From a virus (Duplodnaviria; Caudoviricetes), in IMG/VR virus record IMGVR_UViG_3300038300_000076, positions 1 through 62,238 of that record: 62,238 nucleotides of DNA, one strand, 5' to 3'. Under the pieces are notes generated by a model. That model worked only from the letters and a program-made list of their open reading frames with translations, made no database searches and was not told the origin of the DNA. Within the stretch, counting starts at the first letter, position 1; each line of letters opens with the position of its first letter. The position numbers were made by a program, and so were the translations under genes. Shown piece after piece: positions 38,291 to 47,328 of this stretch.

Positions 38291-38450
38291 AAAAAGCCTC
38301 TCTTTACAGCATTACGTCTCTACCGTCTATAGCCAGTAGTTCTAACAGGCTGGCAACTTCCTGTCTTTGGATGTTACGAGGATACCCGAATCTTCCTTTT
38401 ACGGCTGCTTAGTTTCCTCGTTAGCTGCTTACCAACATCAAAGAGAAATT
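38291..38450 (-). ncRNA. unidentified structured RNA, about 155 nt (5' end reminiscent of 6S RNA)
   Basis: Own promoter; stems UCUUUGAUGUUG/UAACAUCCAAAGA and ACGAGGA/UCCUCGU; H-type pseudoknot ACAGG/CCUGU + GCCAG/CUGGC; U-run at the end; no ORF. Confidence 0.6.
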
Positions 38451-38462
38451 TTACTCAATTTC

Positions 38463-38491
38463 AATATAACTTGCTTCTAACATAATTGCAA
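38463..38491 (-). promoter_or_regulatory. sigma70-type promoter for the ncRNA
   Basis: TTGCAA-N17-TATATT. Confidence 0.6.
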
Positions 38492-38500
38492 GTTGACTTT

Positions 38501-39169
38501 CTAGCAATTATGATCTTCATACTCAATTGGATCTTTGATATTGTTTAACTCAAAGGCTTCCAATCTTTCCGTGCAACTACCACATTTCCCACATGAAGCC
38601 TCCTGATCCTTATAACAAGTACGAGTTAATTCATAAGGAACATTATTCTTTAATCCCCATTCTATAATAGAAATCTTATCACCTGTTAAAAAGGGAGCCA
38701 ATACTTCTACTTTGTTTTCAGTAGACGCGCCAATGACTGTTTTTAACGCTTCCACAAACTCAGGACGACAATCTGGATATATAGCATGATCGCCAGAATG
38801 GACTCCAAGGGCAATACAGCTCGCTCCTCTGCTCTCGGCTATAGATGCGACTATAGATGCAAAAATAAGATTTCTTCCGGGTACAACAGTTAAACTCATA
38901 TTCTCCTGTTCATAATGCCCCTCAGGTATCTCATCTCCACTCTTCAATAGATTTGAATTCAAATCAGCCATGAATCCTTCCAGCTCGTAAACTTTGAAAG
39001 GGACTTTATAATGCTTGGATATTTCCCAAGCAGCATTGTTCTCATAAACATTGTGCTTTGATCCATAAGAGAATCCAATACACTCAACATCATAACCTTC
39101 ATCTATCATCTTTGCTAGAACAGTGGCTGAATCCATACCGCCACTTAATGAAACTATTGCTTTAGACAT
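38501..39169 (-). CDS. queC: 7-cyano-7-deazaguanine synthase
   Basis: SGGMDS, VPGRNLIF, YPDCRPEF, TCY...CGKCGSC.ER. Confidence 0.95.
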   Translation of the reverse strand: MSKAIVSLSGGMDSATVLAKMIDEGYDVECIGFSYGSKHNVYENNAAWEISKHYKVPFKVYELEGFMADLNSNLLKSGDEIPEGHYEQENMSLTVVPGRNLIFASIVASIAESRGASCIALGVHSGDHAIYPDCRPEFVEALKTVIGASTENKVEVLAPFLTGDKISIIEWGLKNNVPYELTRTCYKDQEASCGKCGSCTERLEAFELNNIKDPIEYEDHNC

Positions 39170-39171
39170 TT

Positions 39172-39555
39172 TTATATTCCCCTGTTTGATTCCATTCCTA
39201 AAAACTTTCTCGTCATGCTGCCCAATGGCAAATTACCTAAAGCTTCTTCTACATTCATCTCAATATACAAATCATGCTCATCACTTATTATTACAGGAGT
39301 ACCATCATCTTTAACTCTGTATACATTTATATAAGTATCTTCCTTGGCATAATATCCAATAAGTTCATAATTAATTATATCACGATTTGTCTCTTCTCTA
39401 TACTCTCTAACTAGAGCATCTTCAAAAGATTCGTTCTCTTCCAAATGACCACCTGGAAAAGAAAAATATCCAGCCCATTTGGATGAATCAACTGATTTCC
39501 TTAATAATAAAACTTTTCCATCCTTTATGCAAACGCCTACTGATGCTTTTTTCAT
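39172..39555 (-). CDS. Nudix hydrolase (MutT-like)
   Basis: FPGGHLEENESFEDALVREYREET. Confidence 0.9.
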   Translation of the reverse strand: MKKASVGVCIKDGKVLLLRKSVDSSKWAGYFSFPGGHLEENESFEDALVREYREETNRDIINYELIGYYAKEDTYINVYRVKDDGTPVIISDEHDLYIEMNVEEALGNLPLGSMTRKFLGMESNRGI

Positions 39556-39622
39556 TCTCTACCTCTGTTTCTCCAATTCTTTTATTATATACTTTATTTA
39601 AATATAATTTAATCGTTAAAAC

Positions 39623-39659
39623 AAAAAAAAGCCGCCCTCTATAAAGAGAACGGCTTTTT
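39623..39659 (-). terminator. intrinsic terminator after clpA
   Basis: AGCCG/CGGCT stem with A/T runs. Confidence 0.7.
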
Positions 39660-39677
39660 GTTTAATCATATTATTTA

Positions 39678-41963
39678 TTAAACAATGATGTCTAATTTAA
39701 GCTCATCGTTCTTAACAGTTACTTTGACAACTCCGCCATTCTGAAGGTCTCCAAACAATATGGAATCAACTAGGGGCTTGAAGATATGAGTTTCGACAGC
39801 TTTCTTCATTGGACGAGCGCCCATTTTAGAATCAAAACCCTTCTCGGCTATCCATTTCTTTCCAGCCACTCCGATCTTAATCTTAATGTTCTTTTTGCCA
39901 AGCTGCTGAACCCTTTCATTGATAAATTTCTCTACGATCTTCACCATGAATGTACTATCAAGAGCACCAAATGTAACAATTGAATCCAAACGATTTCTAA
40001 ACTCAGGGCTAAAATGCTTTTCTATAGCCGCATTACTTACTCTTGGTTTACCACCCTTAGATCCAAATCCTACAACTTTAGAATCAACCGAACTAGCACC
40101 GACATTAGATGTCATGATGATAACCGTATTGCGGAAGTCAGCTTTGCGCCCTTGGTTATCAGTCAAAAATCCGTAGTCAAGCACTTGAAGCAGCACATTA
40201 TAGATATCTGAATGAGCTTTTTCAATCTCATCAAACAGGATAACAGAGTTTGGATTCTTAATAACAGCTTCTGTCAATTGACCGCCTTCCTCATATCCAA
40301 CATACCCAGGTGCAGATCCTGTAAGCTTTGACACAGCAACCTTTTCCTGATATTCTGACATATCAAATCTAAGCATCTTACAGCCAAGATTATCAGCAAG
40401 CTGTTTAGCTACTTCAGTCTTGCCTACACCTGTTGGGCCTGTGAACAAGAAAGATCCAACAGGGCGGTTTTGATCACGTATCCCTGCACGAGAGGCCTTC
40501 ACACATTCAACTACTTTAGTGACAGCATCATCTTGACCAAAAATCTTTGATCTCATCTTTTCTTCCAGACTTTTCAACATGTCTTTATCAGATTCGCCAA
40601 CTTTTACTTCTGGAATTCTAGCAAGTCTGGCCACAATCTTTTCAACATCTTCTACGGTGATTACCTTCTTGCGCTTCTTCTTACTCAACAAAGCATTTGC
40701 AGCTCCAGCCTCATCAATAATATCAATCGCTTTATCTGGAAGGAATCTATCCGTAATGTGATGATTTGAAAGTTCAACAGCATTTACGATTGCTTCATCT
40801 GGAAAAGTTACTCCAAAATGATCTTCATAGTTTGAACGCAACCCTTTGATAATTTTAATTGTATCTTCAACAGAAGGCTCTGGAACATCAACTTTCTGGA
40901 AACGTCTCTCAAGAGCCTTATCCTTGATGATATGATCTTTGTACTCTTTATAAGTAGTAGAACCAATACAGCGCAGTTTACCGCTTGCTAAAGCAGGCTT
41001 TAAAATGTTTGCAGCATCCATACTTCCACCAGATGAAGATCCAGCCCCAACAATGTTATGAATTTCATCAATAAAGATGATTGCTTTATTCATTCCTTTA
41101 AGCTCGTCAAGAACACCTTTAAGACGTTCTTCAAATTCGCCTCTGAATTTTGTTCCGGCAATCATTCCTGCCATATCAATTGCATAAATGTCATGGTTTT
41201 TCAGTTCGTCAGGAACTTTTCCATCTTTTATTTTAAGAGCCAATCCTTCCGCAATAGCTGTCTTACCAACACCGGGTTCACCAACAAGAAGAGGATTGTT
41301 TTTCTTTCTACGGCAAAGAGTTCTCATCAAATCTTGCAATTCATTCTCTCTACCAATAATAGGATCAATCCCTCCGTCTTTCGCTAACTTGGTCAAATTA
41401 ACCGAATATAGCTCCAATGACTTCTTTTTCTTTTTGCGCTCTTCTTGAGGTATTTCCTCACCCATATTAAATTCATCCTCATGAAAATCTTCTTCATTAA
41501 AACTACCAACTCCACCAGATATTTTGGAGATTTCCATCTTTAAAGCAAGTTCTTCAAGACCATTGTTCTTTAGAAAGTATAACGCATGGCTTTTTTCAGA
41601 AGAAAAGAATGACACTAGAACCATTGGACAATCAACGATATTTCTCCCCGAATGAACAGTTCTCTTTCCAGCATCTTCTAAAACTCTATTCATTCCAGGT
41701 CCCTGTATAAGATTCTCACCCGGTTTTATCAACTCCATATCGTCCTTGAAATACTTATTAAGATCATCATAAAGCTGATCAATATCTACATTGCAGCTCT
41801 CCATTAAATCTATTATCAGTTCATTATCCATCAAAGCACAAAGAAGATGCTCGACAACAATATATCTATTTTCATACTTCTCGCATATTTCTTTTGTCAA
41901 CGCGAAGGCATTTTTCAATCCATCACTAATATCTAATCTCATGGCCATTCTATTCCTCCTCAA
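39678..41963 (-). CDS. clpA: ATP-dependent Clp protease ATP-binding subunit ClpA
   Basis: Clp N-domain; GEPGVGKT and FIDEIH; GPTGVGKT and LFDEIEKAH; VGF ClpP-docking loop; no middle domain; directly after clpS. Confidence 0.95.
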   Translation of the reverse strand: MRRNRMAMRLDISDGLKNAFALTKEICEKYENRYIVVEHLLCALMDNELIIDLMESCNVDIDQLYDDLNKYFKDDMELIKPGENLIQGPGMNRVLEDAGKRTVHSGRNIVDCPMVLVSFFSSEKSHALYFLKNNGLEELALKMEISKISGGVGSFNEEDFHEDEFNMGEEIPQEERKKKKKSLELYSVNLTKLAKDGGIDPIIGRENELQDLMRTLCRRKKNNPLLVGEPGVGKTAIAEGLALKIKDGKVPDELKNHDIYAIDMAGMIAGTKFRGEFEERLKGVLDELKGMNKAIIFIDEIHNIVGAGSSSGGSMDAANILKPALASGKLRCIGSTTYKEYKDHIIKDKALERRFQKVDVPEPSVEDTIKIIKGLRSNYEDHFGVTFPDEAIVNAVELSNHHITDRFLPDKAIDIIDEAGAANALLSKKKRKKVITVEDVEKIVARLARIPEVKVGESDKDMLKSLEEKMRSKIFGQDDAVTKVVECVKASRAGIRDQNRPVGSFLFTGPTGVGKTEVAKQLADNLGCKMLRFDMSEYQEKVAVSKLTGSAPGYVGYEEGGQLTEAVIKNPNSVILFDEIEKAHSDIYNVLLQVLDYGFLTDNQGRKADFRNTVIIMTSNVGASSVDSKVVGFGSKGGKPRVSNAAIEKHFSPEFRNRLDSIVTFGALDSTFMVKIVEKFINERVQQLGKKNIKIKIGVAGKKWIAEKGFDSKMGARPMKKAVETHIFKPLVDSILFGDLQNGGVVKVTVKNDELKLDIIV

Positions 41964-42252
41964 TACTTAATTTAAATGGATGTCCCGCACTCATCGCTCT
42001 GTCGTGAGATATTTGAACCTTCAACTCTGCTATTTCGTGCTGATAAACACCAACCATAGCCCTTCCTTTAATGTGTACTGCCATCATAAGCGAACTTGCC
42101 TCGTTTGCATTATGGTCAAATACATCCATTAATAATTCCATAACGAATTCTTGAGTTGTGAAATCATCATTATGCATAATCACCTTATACATAGACGGCT
42201 CTTTCACCAAAACCTTTTCGTCTAACTCTTCCTTATTCTTCATTACCGTCAT
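41950..42252 (-). CDS. clpS: N-degron adaptor ClpS
   Basis: PSMYKVIMHNDDFTT.EFV, LMMAVH.KG.A.VG, HP. Confidence 0.95.
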   Translation of the reverse strand: MTVMKNKEELDEKVLVKEPSMYKVIMHNDDFTTQEFVMELLMDVFDHNANEASSLMMAVHIKGRAMVGVYQHEIAELKVQISHDRAMSAGHPFKLSIEEE

Positions 42253-42583
42253 CTCCTTGGATTTCTTTCTTTTCTAAAATACAGAGTTCGCCTTTGTTAG
42301 GAGCGTCATCGTTGTACACAAAGTTTCCTACTCTTTTAATTTCTTCTTTTAAATCCTCTATTACATCCTCAGGCACATAATCTCCCTTGCTAAGATGCTC
42401 ATTAATATGATCTATCGCCTCAGTTCTTGTAAAGAAAGTTGGATCTCTACTATCAGAGAATATTCCTCCTACAGCAGAACAACCACAGCACCTTATATAT
42501 CCACCACAATCATGGAATAAATAGATGTCTGCGTCGCCAAATCTACAATAAGACATAATCTTCTCCTTTTTCACTTTAAACAA
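42233..42583 (-). CDS. hypothetical protein (C-terminal KGELCILEKKE)
   Basis: ORF track; true start probably MSYCRF. Confidence 0.7.
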   Translation of the reverse strand: MFKVKKEKIMSYCRFGDADIYLFHDCGGYIRCCGCSAVGGIFSDSRDPTFFTRTEAIDHINEHLSKGDYVPEDVIEDLKEEIKRVGNFVYNDDAPNKGELCILEKKEIQGDDGNEE

Positions 42584-42670
42584 CTTACACTCTGAACTTA
42601 AAAAGTCTACTCGATATTACATAATATATGGTATTTTTTACAATAACTTAATATATAAGTTGTAAAAAAA

Positions 42671-43021
42671 TCACACTCCCCACAACCACACACAGTATCT
42701 CTCATCATACAACGTCTTTCCCCATACATGAAGATGACCATCATCTCTCGATTTGTTACTTTTTCTATTCCATCCTATTCGGCAACTTTCATCGCAAAAA
42801 TACTTCTGATAATCCCTACCGCATTCAACACCGCTCTTATGAACAATATTAAACCTACTACCACAACAATGACACTTTACATTGTAATCATAACTTGGAT
42901 CTCGCCATACTCCGTTCTTAGAAAATTGCCAATCACTTGCTTCCGTCACAGGATATATAAACAATCCTCCCTCGAACTCTTCAACTTTTTTTCCTGACGA
43001 ATATAAGAAGTAATAATGCAC
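42671..43021 (-). CDS. Zn-finger hypothetical protein (DGHLHVWGK)
   Basis: CxxC...FCxxxC. Confidence 0.65.
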   Translation of the reverse strand: MHYYFLYSSGKKVEEFEGGLFIYPVTEASDWQFSKNGVWRDPSYDYNVKCHCCGSRFNIVHKSGVECGRDYQKYFCDESCRIGWNRKSNKSRDDGHLHVWGKTLYDERYCVWLWGV

Positions 43022-43290
43022 TATACTAAAAAATCTTCTAAATGCTTTCTTTCAACTTGCCAGAAAATAAGCGCACGAGTATCATCTTTGATAGACCTCT
43101 TTATGTAATCAAGCTCTCTATCACAATAACATATTAAAGCCGCTGTGAAAGCGCCATTGTCAACATGGACACAAAGAAGATTATCATCATCATAAACAAT
43201 TCCCTCTACATCATCCTCATCTACTGGAGATCCATAAGTATTTAAAAATACTTCCTTGCTGCAATCTTCTGGATTTATATATTTACCCAT
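43021..43290 (-). CDS. hypothetical protein
   Basis: ORF track; AAGGAG SD. Confidence 0.7.
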   Translation of the reverse strand: MGKYINPEDCSKEVFLNTYGSPVDEDDVEGIVYDDDNLLCVHVDNGAFTAALICYCDRELDYIKRSIKDDTRALIFWQVERKHLEDFLV

Positions 43291-43465
43291 TATCTTCTCC
43301 TTGAAATCTTATTCTTTCCATTATGTTAAACATGATTCTGGCATTTTTATCGTCTTCCTTGCTGCCAGAACTGTAACGATAACCATTTTGCAAGTCATTC
43401 GCAATCGTAGATAGCGCACTTAACACTAACTCAGATTCTTGTTTTGTCAATCCCAATTCTACCAT
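43283..43465 (-). CDS. hypothetical protein
   Basis: ORF track. Confidence 0.6.
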   Translation of the reverse strand: MVELGLTKQESELVLSALSTIANDLQNGYRYSSGSKEDDKNARIMFNIMERIRFQGEDNG

Positions 43466-43475
43466 ATTATCCTCT

Positions 43476-43805
43476 TTATTTTCTTATCCATCCGATACTT
43501 AATAAGTACCTTGATCCCTTACAAACTTCAGATACTTCATGAACATTTATATCCGGCCTAAAAAACTTTATCCTTGATGACTCATAAATAGAACTCTCAC
43601 ACTTGAATTCGCCTCCTGATTTGGCCTTCTTGAGTACTAAGTTGATCCTGTAATGCTTTCCCTCTCCAACTTCATCTCTGTGCGATAAAATCTTACTTCC
43701 TTCTGGGAACTTTAATAAATATAAGTCAAACTTTATTGGCCACGGCAAAGCAAATAAAAGCATTTTCAAATAGCCAGAATTTTGCCTTCCCTTCTGCCAT
43801 CTCAT
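43476..43805 (-). CDS. 2OG-Fe(II) oxygenase
   Basis: HRD, GGEF, FRPD..HEV, R..LS. Confidence 0.8.
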   Translation of the reverse strand: MRWQKGRQNSGYLKMLLFALPWPIKFDLYLLKFPEGSKILSHRDEVGEGKHYRINLVLKKAKSGGEFKCESSIYESSRIKFFRPDINVHEVSEVCKGSRYLLSIGWIRK

Positions 43806-44080
43806 GAAACTTCCTTTTTATTCTCAACAAATAAATATCCATTCGCATTGCAGTATTTCTTTTTACCCTCGATCATTACATCATGCTTATTAGACATCCT
43901 CTCAAAAGAACTTATCTTAAACATTCCGAAACATGCTATCCCTATACCCATGGGTGGAAACATTAAGAATGCTACTGTTTCATAATGTACAAAGGAAATA
44001 GCCCCGCCAACAAACAAAATCAAACACAAAGGAGCTACAAGAGCGAATATAAACCAAGATTTCTTTTTATACTTATTCAT
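43802..44080 (-). CDS. membrane protein (C-terminal NGYLFVENKKE)
   Basis: Two TM helices. Confidence 0.7.
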   Translation of the reverse strand: MNKYKKKSWFIFALVAPLCLILFVGGAISFVHYETVAFLMFPPMGIGIACFGMFKISSFERMSNKHDVMIEGKKKYCNANGYLFVENKKEVS

Positions 44081-44107
44081 ATTTAACTCCTTTTGTATCT
44101 ATATTCA

Positions 44108-45511
44108 TCAGATACCTTGATCTCCGCTTTCTTCAATCATTGAAACATCACCATGCGCATTAATCATTGCGCCAATAAACGATGCCCCTTTGTCAAAACT
44201 TATAGAAGTATCATCTTCACTAAAAGTAGGTGGACAAATATCTCCATCGTTTAGCTTGTCAATCAACTTCTTTGAAAGCTTAATATCCATGAGCTTGTTT
44301 ACATTTTTCAAATCTTCATCGTGGACAAACTTCTCACCCGCCATTTCATACATAGTGTATATTCCGTACTGGATGAAAAATATTCTCTCCAGATCTGGCA
44401 TAACTTTGAAACATTGTTTTCCAGCTGCAATAACTTGAAGTTCAAACTTATTTGATTCTTTTGCTTCGATGTATTCAGTAATTTCGGCAGATCTCACATC
44501 TCCAAGTATTGTTTTACCATTCTGAGTTAGAGAGAATGTATCATCTGCAATTTCTTTCAAACGAGCCTTTTCTTCTGCAAGCTTTTTCGCTTTTATTTTC
44601 GCCTTCATTTTATCATTCTTGACATATGGCAATAATTCTTCACGGTAATTAAGGATTGACTGAGGCGCTTTAACCTCAACTCCAGACAAATTATAGAATT
44701 CCTCAATATCAAAATCTGTATTTTTCCTAAAATGAATAGTATGTACGCCAATACTTGTTATCTTCTTATTCATTGACTTTAGTACGTTTCTATTGTCGAA
44801 GTTGTTAAAAATAATCTTTAACATTTTGCCAGATGGCTTATAAACCCCATCTATAGTCTCCAACTTAATGAAATAGTCTATATCTATCTTACCAGTATTT
44901 TCTCCATATCCGCTTCCTTTAACTTGTCTGTAGGCTGTCGGAGTCATATGGAATTCTCGACAATTAGACAATTCTGAAACACCATAAGGCCCAGCCAATT
45001 CATCCAACTCGTAATCAAGCAACTCTATGTCATTTGAATCTAAAAGTTCTAAAAATTCAAGATATCCCTTAAACGACTTGCCATAATCTCCAACTCTACT
45101 ACTTGACTTGTCATATTTATATGACTCAAACTTAATGAGTATTTTCCTAAATCCCATAAAATCCATGTAAAACGAGAATTCAAACTTTCTTTCACTATTT
45201 CCATCGTCAAGAAGCACTACACTTCTTCCGCAACCATAAAAAGTATAATCACCCAAGACAAACTTCTTATTGTTAAACCTCTCAAAGTCAACAGAGTTAT
45301 ATACTTCTTCAACATCTTGTGCTGTTTTAACTTTAGATTCAGTAAAATTGCTTACCACGTAATGCGGGTCGAAATGGCCGTCTCTTTTTATATTAAGCTC
45401 ATAGTTAGGCTTTTGCCTCGCTTTTGTATAATAATACATACAATGTTTCAACGAGAGCATTTCGCCCGTCCAGAACAACTCATGAAACTTTTCTATTCTA
45501 CTCATAACCAA
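44108..45511 (-). CDS. hypothetical protein (467 aa)
   Basis: Long ORF; no motif recognised. Confidence 0.8.
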   Translation of the reverse strand: MVMSRIEKFHELFWTGEMLSLKHCMYYYTKARQKPNYELNIKRDGHFDPHYVVSNFTESKVKTAQDVEEVYNSVDFERFNNKKFVLGDYTFYGCGRSVVLLDDGNSERKFEFSFYMDFMGFRKILIKFESYKYDKSSSRVGDYGKSFKGYLEFLELLDSNDIELLDYELDELAGPYGVSELSNCREFHMTPTAYRQVKGSGYGENTGKIDIDYFIKLETIDGVYKPSGKMLKIIFNNFDNRNVLKSMNKKITSIGVHTIHFRKNTDFDIEEFYNLSGVEVKAPQSILNYREELLPYVKNDKMKAKIKAKKLAEEKARLKEIADDTFSLTQNGKTILGDVRSAEITEYIEAKESNKFELQVIAAGKQCFKVMPDLERIFFIQYGIYTMYEMAGEKFVHDEDLKNVNKLMDIKLSKKLIDKLNDGDICPPTFSEDDTSISFDKGASFIGAMINAHGDVSMIEESGDQGI

Positions 45512-45887
45512 TGCTCCACCTTTCTTCGTCGGTTAATTTGGCCAAAGTTTTTATCTTTAGTTCTTCTTTTCTTACAGCTTCTTCTTCCTTGGCAATTCTT
45601 TTGCGATCCGCTTCTTGATGAGCATCCCACCAGTCAGCCAGTTTCCGAGCCTTTGGATCTTTGCCATTGTAAATTATATCTTCAGAAGTCTCTTTGCACA
45701 TTTGACACAAAGCATATACAACTTCATTAAGAGGCTTGTGTGATCCATATAACTCACTTGCTCCCTTTAAGGCCCAATGAATAGGATTTTTACCATTCTT
45801 CTCGCACAAATAAACAATATGCCCACACGCTTCTTTATTGTTCTTTTCTTTTTCAGTTGGATTCATGTGATCGCTATTACAGCCCAT
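45498..45887 (-). CDS. hypothetical phage protein
   Basis: ORF track. Confidence 0.75.
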   Translation of the reverse strand: MGCNSDHMNPTEKEKNNKEACGHIVYLCEKNGKNPIHWALKGASELYGSHKPLNEVVYALCQMCKETSEDIIYNGKDPKARKLADWWDAHQEADRKRIAKEEEAVRKEELKIKTLAKLTDEERWSIGYE

Positions 45888-45907
45888 GATATATTCCTTT
45901 CTTTTGT

Positions 45908-46099
45908 TTATATTCTTTCTATATCAAATATAAACAGTGAATTGGGAATTTCAAGCTGCGCTGATAGAACATGTGGAAATCTTTTTCCACTTACCATATG
46001 AAGCCAAACGGCATATCCTGTTCCCTTCTCACACGACCAAAAAGTTTTTCCATCCGAAGAGTAATATCTCCTTTGCTTATTCCTAACTCTCTTTCTCAT
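45908..46099 (-). CDS. small hypothetical protein (C-terminal PNSLFIFD)
   Basis: ORF track; GGAG SD. Confidence 0.65.
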   Translation of the reverse strand: MRKRVRNKQRRYYSSDGKTFWSCEKGTGYAVWLHMVSGKRFPHVLSAQLEIPNSLFIFDIERI

Positions 46100-46115
46100 C
46101 TTTCTACTCCCAAAT

Positions 46116-46150
46116 AAAAAAAAGCGATGGAAATATCTCCATCGCTTTTT
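46116..46150 (-). terminator. intrinsic terminator
   Basis: AGCGATGGA/TCCATCGCT stem. Confidence 0.8.
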
Positions 46151-46174
46151 AACATGTATTACTTTGTTGCATTA

Positions 46175-46384
46175 TTACGTATTGATAAACCACTTCATAA
46201 AGTGAGCACTGTACTCACATTCTAACTCTTCTAACTTTTCAACATCATCTTTGTCCATTTTAGATGGAACTATCGTGCTTAGGTAAATGATGCCCCTGTC
46301 AGCCTGTAAATTCTTTTCACCATACTTTCCTAAAATATTTAATATCTCAGAAAGCTTCTCAATTTTGCCTTCAACTCTTTCCAT
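46175..46384 (-). CDS. hypothetical protein
   Basis: ORF track. Confidence 0.65.
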   Translation of the reverse strand: MERVEGKIEKLSEILNILGKYGEKNLQADRGIIYLSTIVPSKMDKDDVEKLEELECEYSAHFMKWFINT

Positions 46385-46432
46385 AACAAAATCCTTCTTT
46401 TATTTTTATTCTATATCGTTTCTTTAAAAAAG

Positions 46433-46672
46433 TTAATCCTTTTCTGAATTTTCCTCCTCATTCAGCAGCTTCTTCACTCTCTTTAAAAAAACCTCATCAG
46501 CCAACGCCTCACTCAGCATGGTATTAACCATCTCGTTGAACTCAGGACTTTCCAATTCAACATTGTGCTTATCCGCCATCATGACCAAAAAGTTATAAAT
46601 TTCAGAATCCTTTTCTGAGTCAATTACATACTTCCAATCTCCATCTTCCATTTCATACTCTTCCATCTCCAA
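46433..46672 (-). CDS. acidic hypothetical protein
   Basis: ORF track. Confidence 0.65.
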   Translation of the reverse strand: MEMEEYEMEDGDWKYVIDSEKDSEIYNFLVMMADKHNVELESPEFNEMVNTMLSEALADEVFLKRVKKLLNEEENSEKD

Positions 46673-47000
46673 CCTCTTCTTTTACGCCAATTAATAAAAA
46701 TCCTCCTTCTTCTCCTTCAAAGTGCCTGTAGTTATCAAGGCAAAGGCCATTGCCGTCCAACGTTATTGACGTTATACACTTAACACTTAAATAAGTATAC
46801 GAACCGGAATATATCATCTTTAAACAACCTTCCTCAATCTCCAACTTCTCATCATGGAAAGAATTACTACAACTAATACCCTTACTGCCCGTTTCAATAA
46901 CCAAGGAAGGAACCATATAACGATCTGAAATTTTTCCAAAATCTCTCATGAAAAAATAATCATTAACTACATTTCTAACAATTTTCTTTTTCAAGGGCAA
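46653..47000 (-). CDS. hypothetical protein, paralog of 46975-47328
   Basis: Shared L.IE..CL...Y.....I.SI.L. Confidence 0.65.
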   Translation of the reverse strand: MPLKKKIVRNVVNDYFFMRDFGKISDRYMVPSLVIETGSKGISCSNSFHDEKLEIEEGCLKMIYSGSYTYLSVKCITSITLDGNGLCLDNYRHFEGEEGGFLLIGVKEEVGDGRV

Positions 47001-47328
47001 CCTCTTCTACATCATAAACCAACAATCTTCCCTCTTGATTTCCCCTTATCTCGTGAATTTTTTGACAATGAATTCCGGCCTCTCTCAGAAAGATACTCTC
47101 AATATTGCCAATAAACACATAACCATAAGCTGCCGCAGTGTAGCCCTTAGCCGAAGTCGAACATAAACAACTTCCTTCAATGTCAAGACTATCACAAAGA
47201 GAAGAATATTCATAGACACTTGATCCCATGCGGATCTCCAATGTGTAATCTGATCCAAGGAACCCCATCATATTGAAGTCGCTTATTGCCAATTTCAACC
47301 TTTCAATTTGATTCACTTCTTGATCCAA
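46975..47328 (-). CDS. hypothetical protein (C-terminal EGRLLVYDVEE)
   Basis: ORF track. Confidence 0.65.
   Translation of the reverse strand: MDQEVNQIERLKLAISDFNMMGFLGSDYTLEIRMGSSVYEYSSLCDSLDIEGSCLCSTSAKGYTAAAYGYVFIGNIESIFLREAGIHCQKIHEIRGNQEGRLLVYDVEEVALEKENC

Noticed and set aside
30578-38450. RNase P RNA or SRP RNA as identity of the two unknown RNAs
   Set aside because: No GAGGAAAGUC...ACAGAA..CGGC core and no correctly ordered SRP helix-8 motif.
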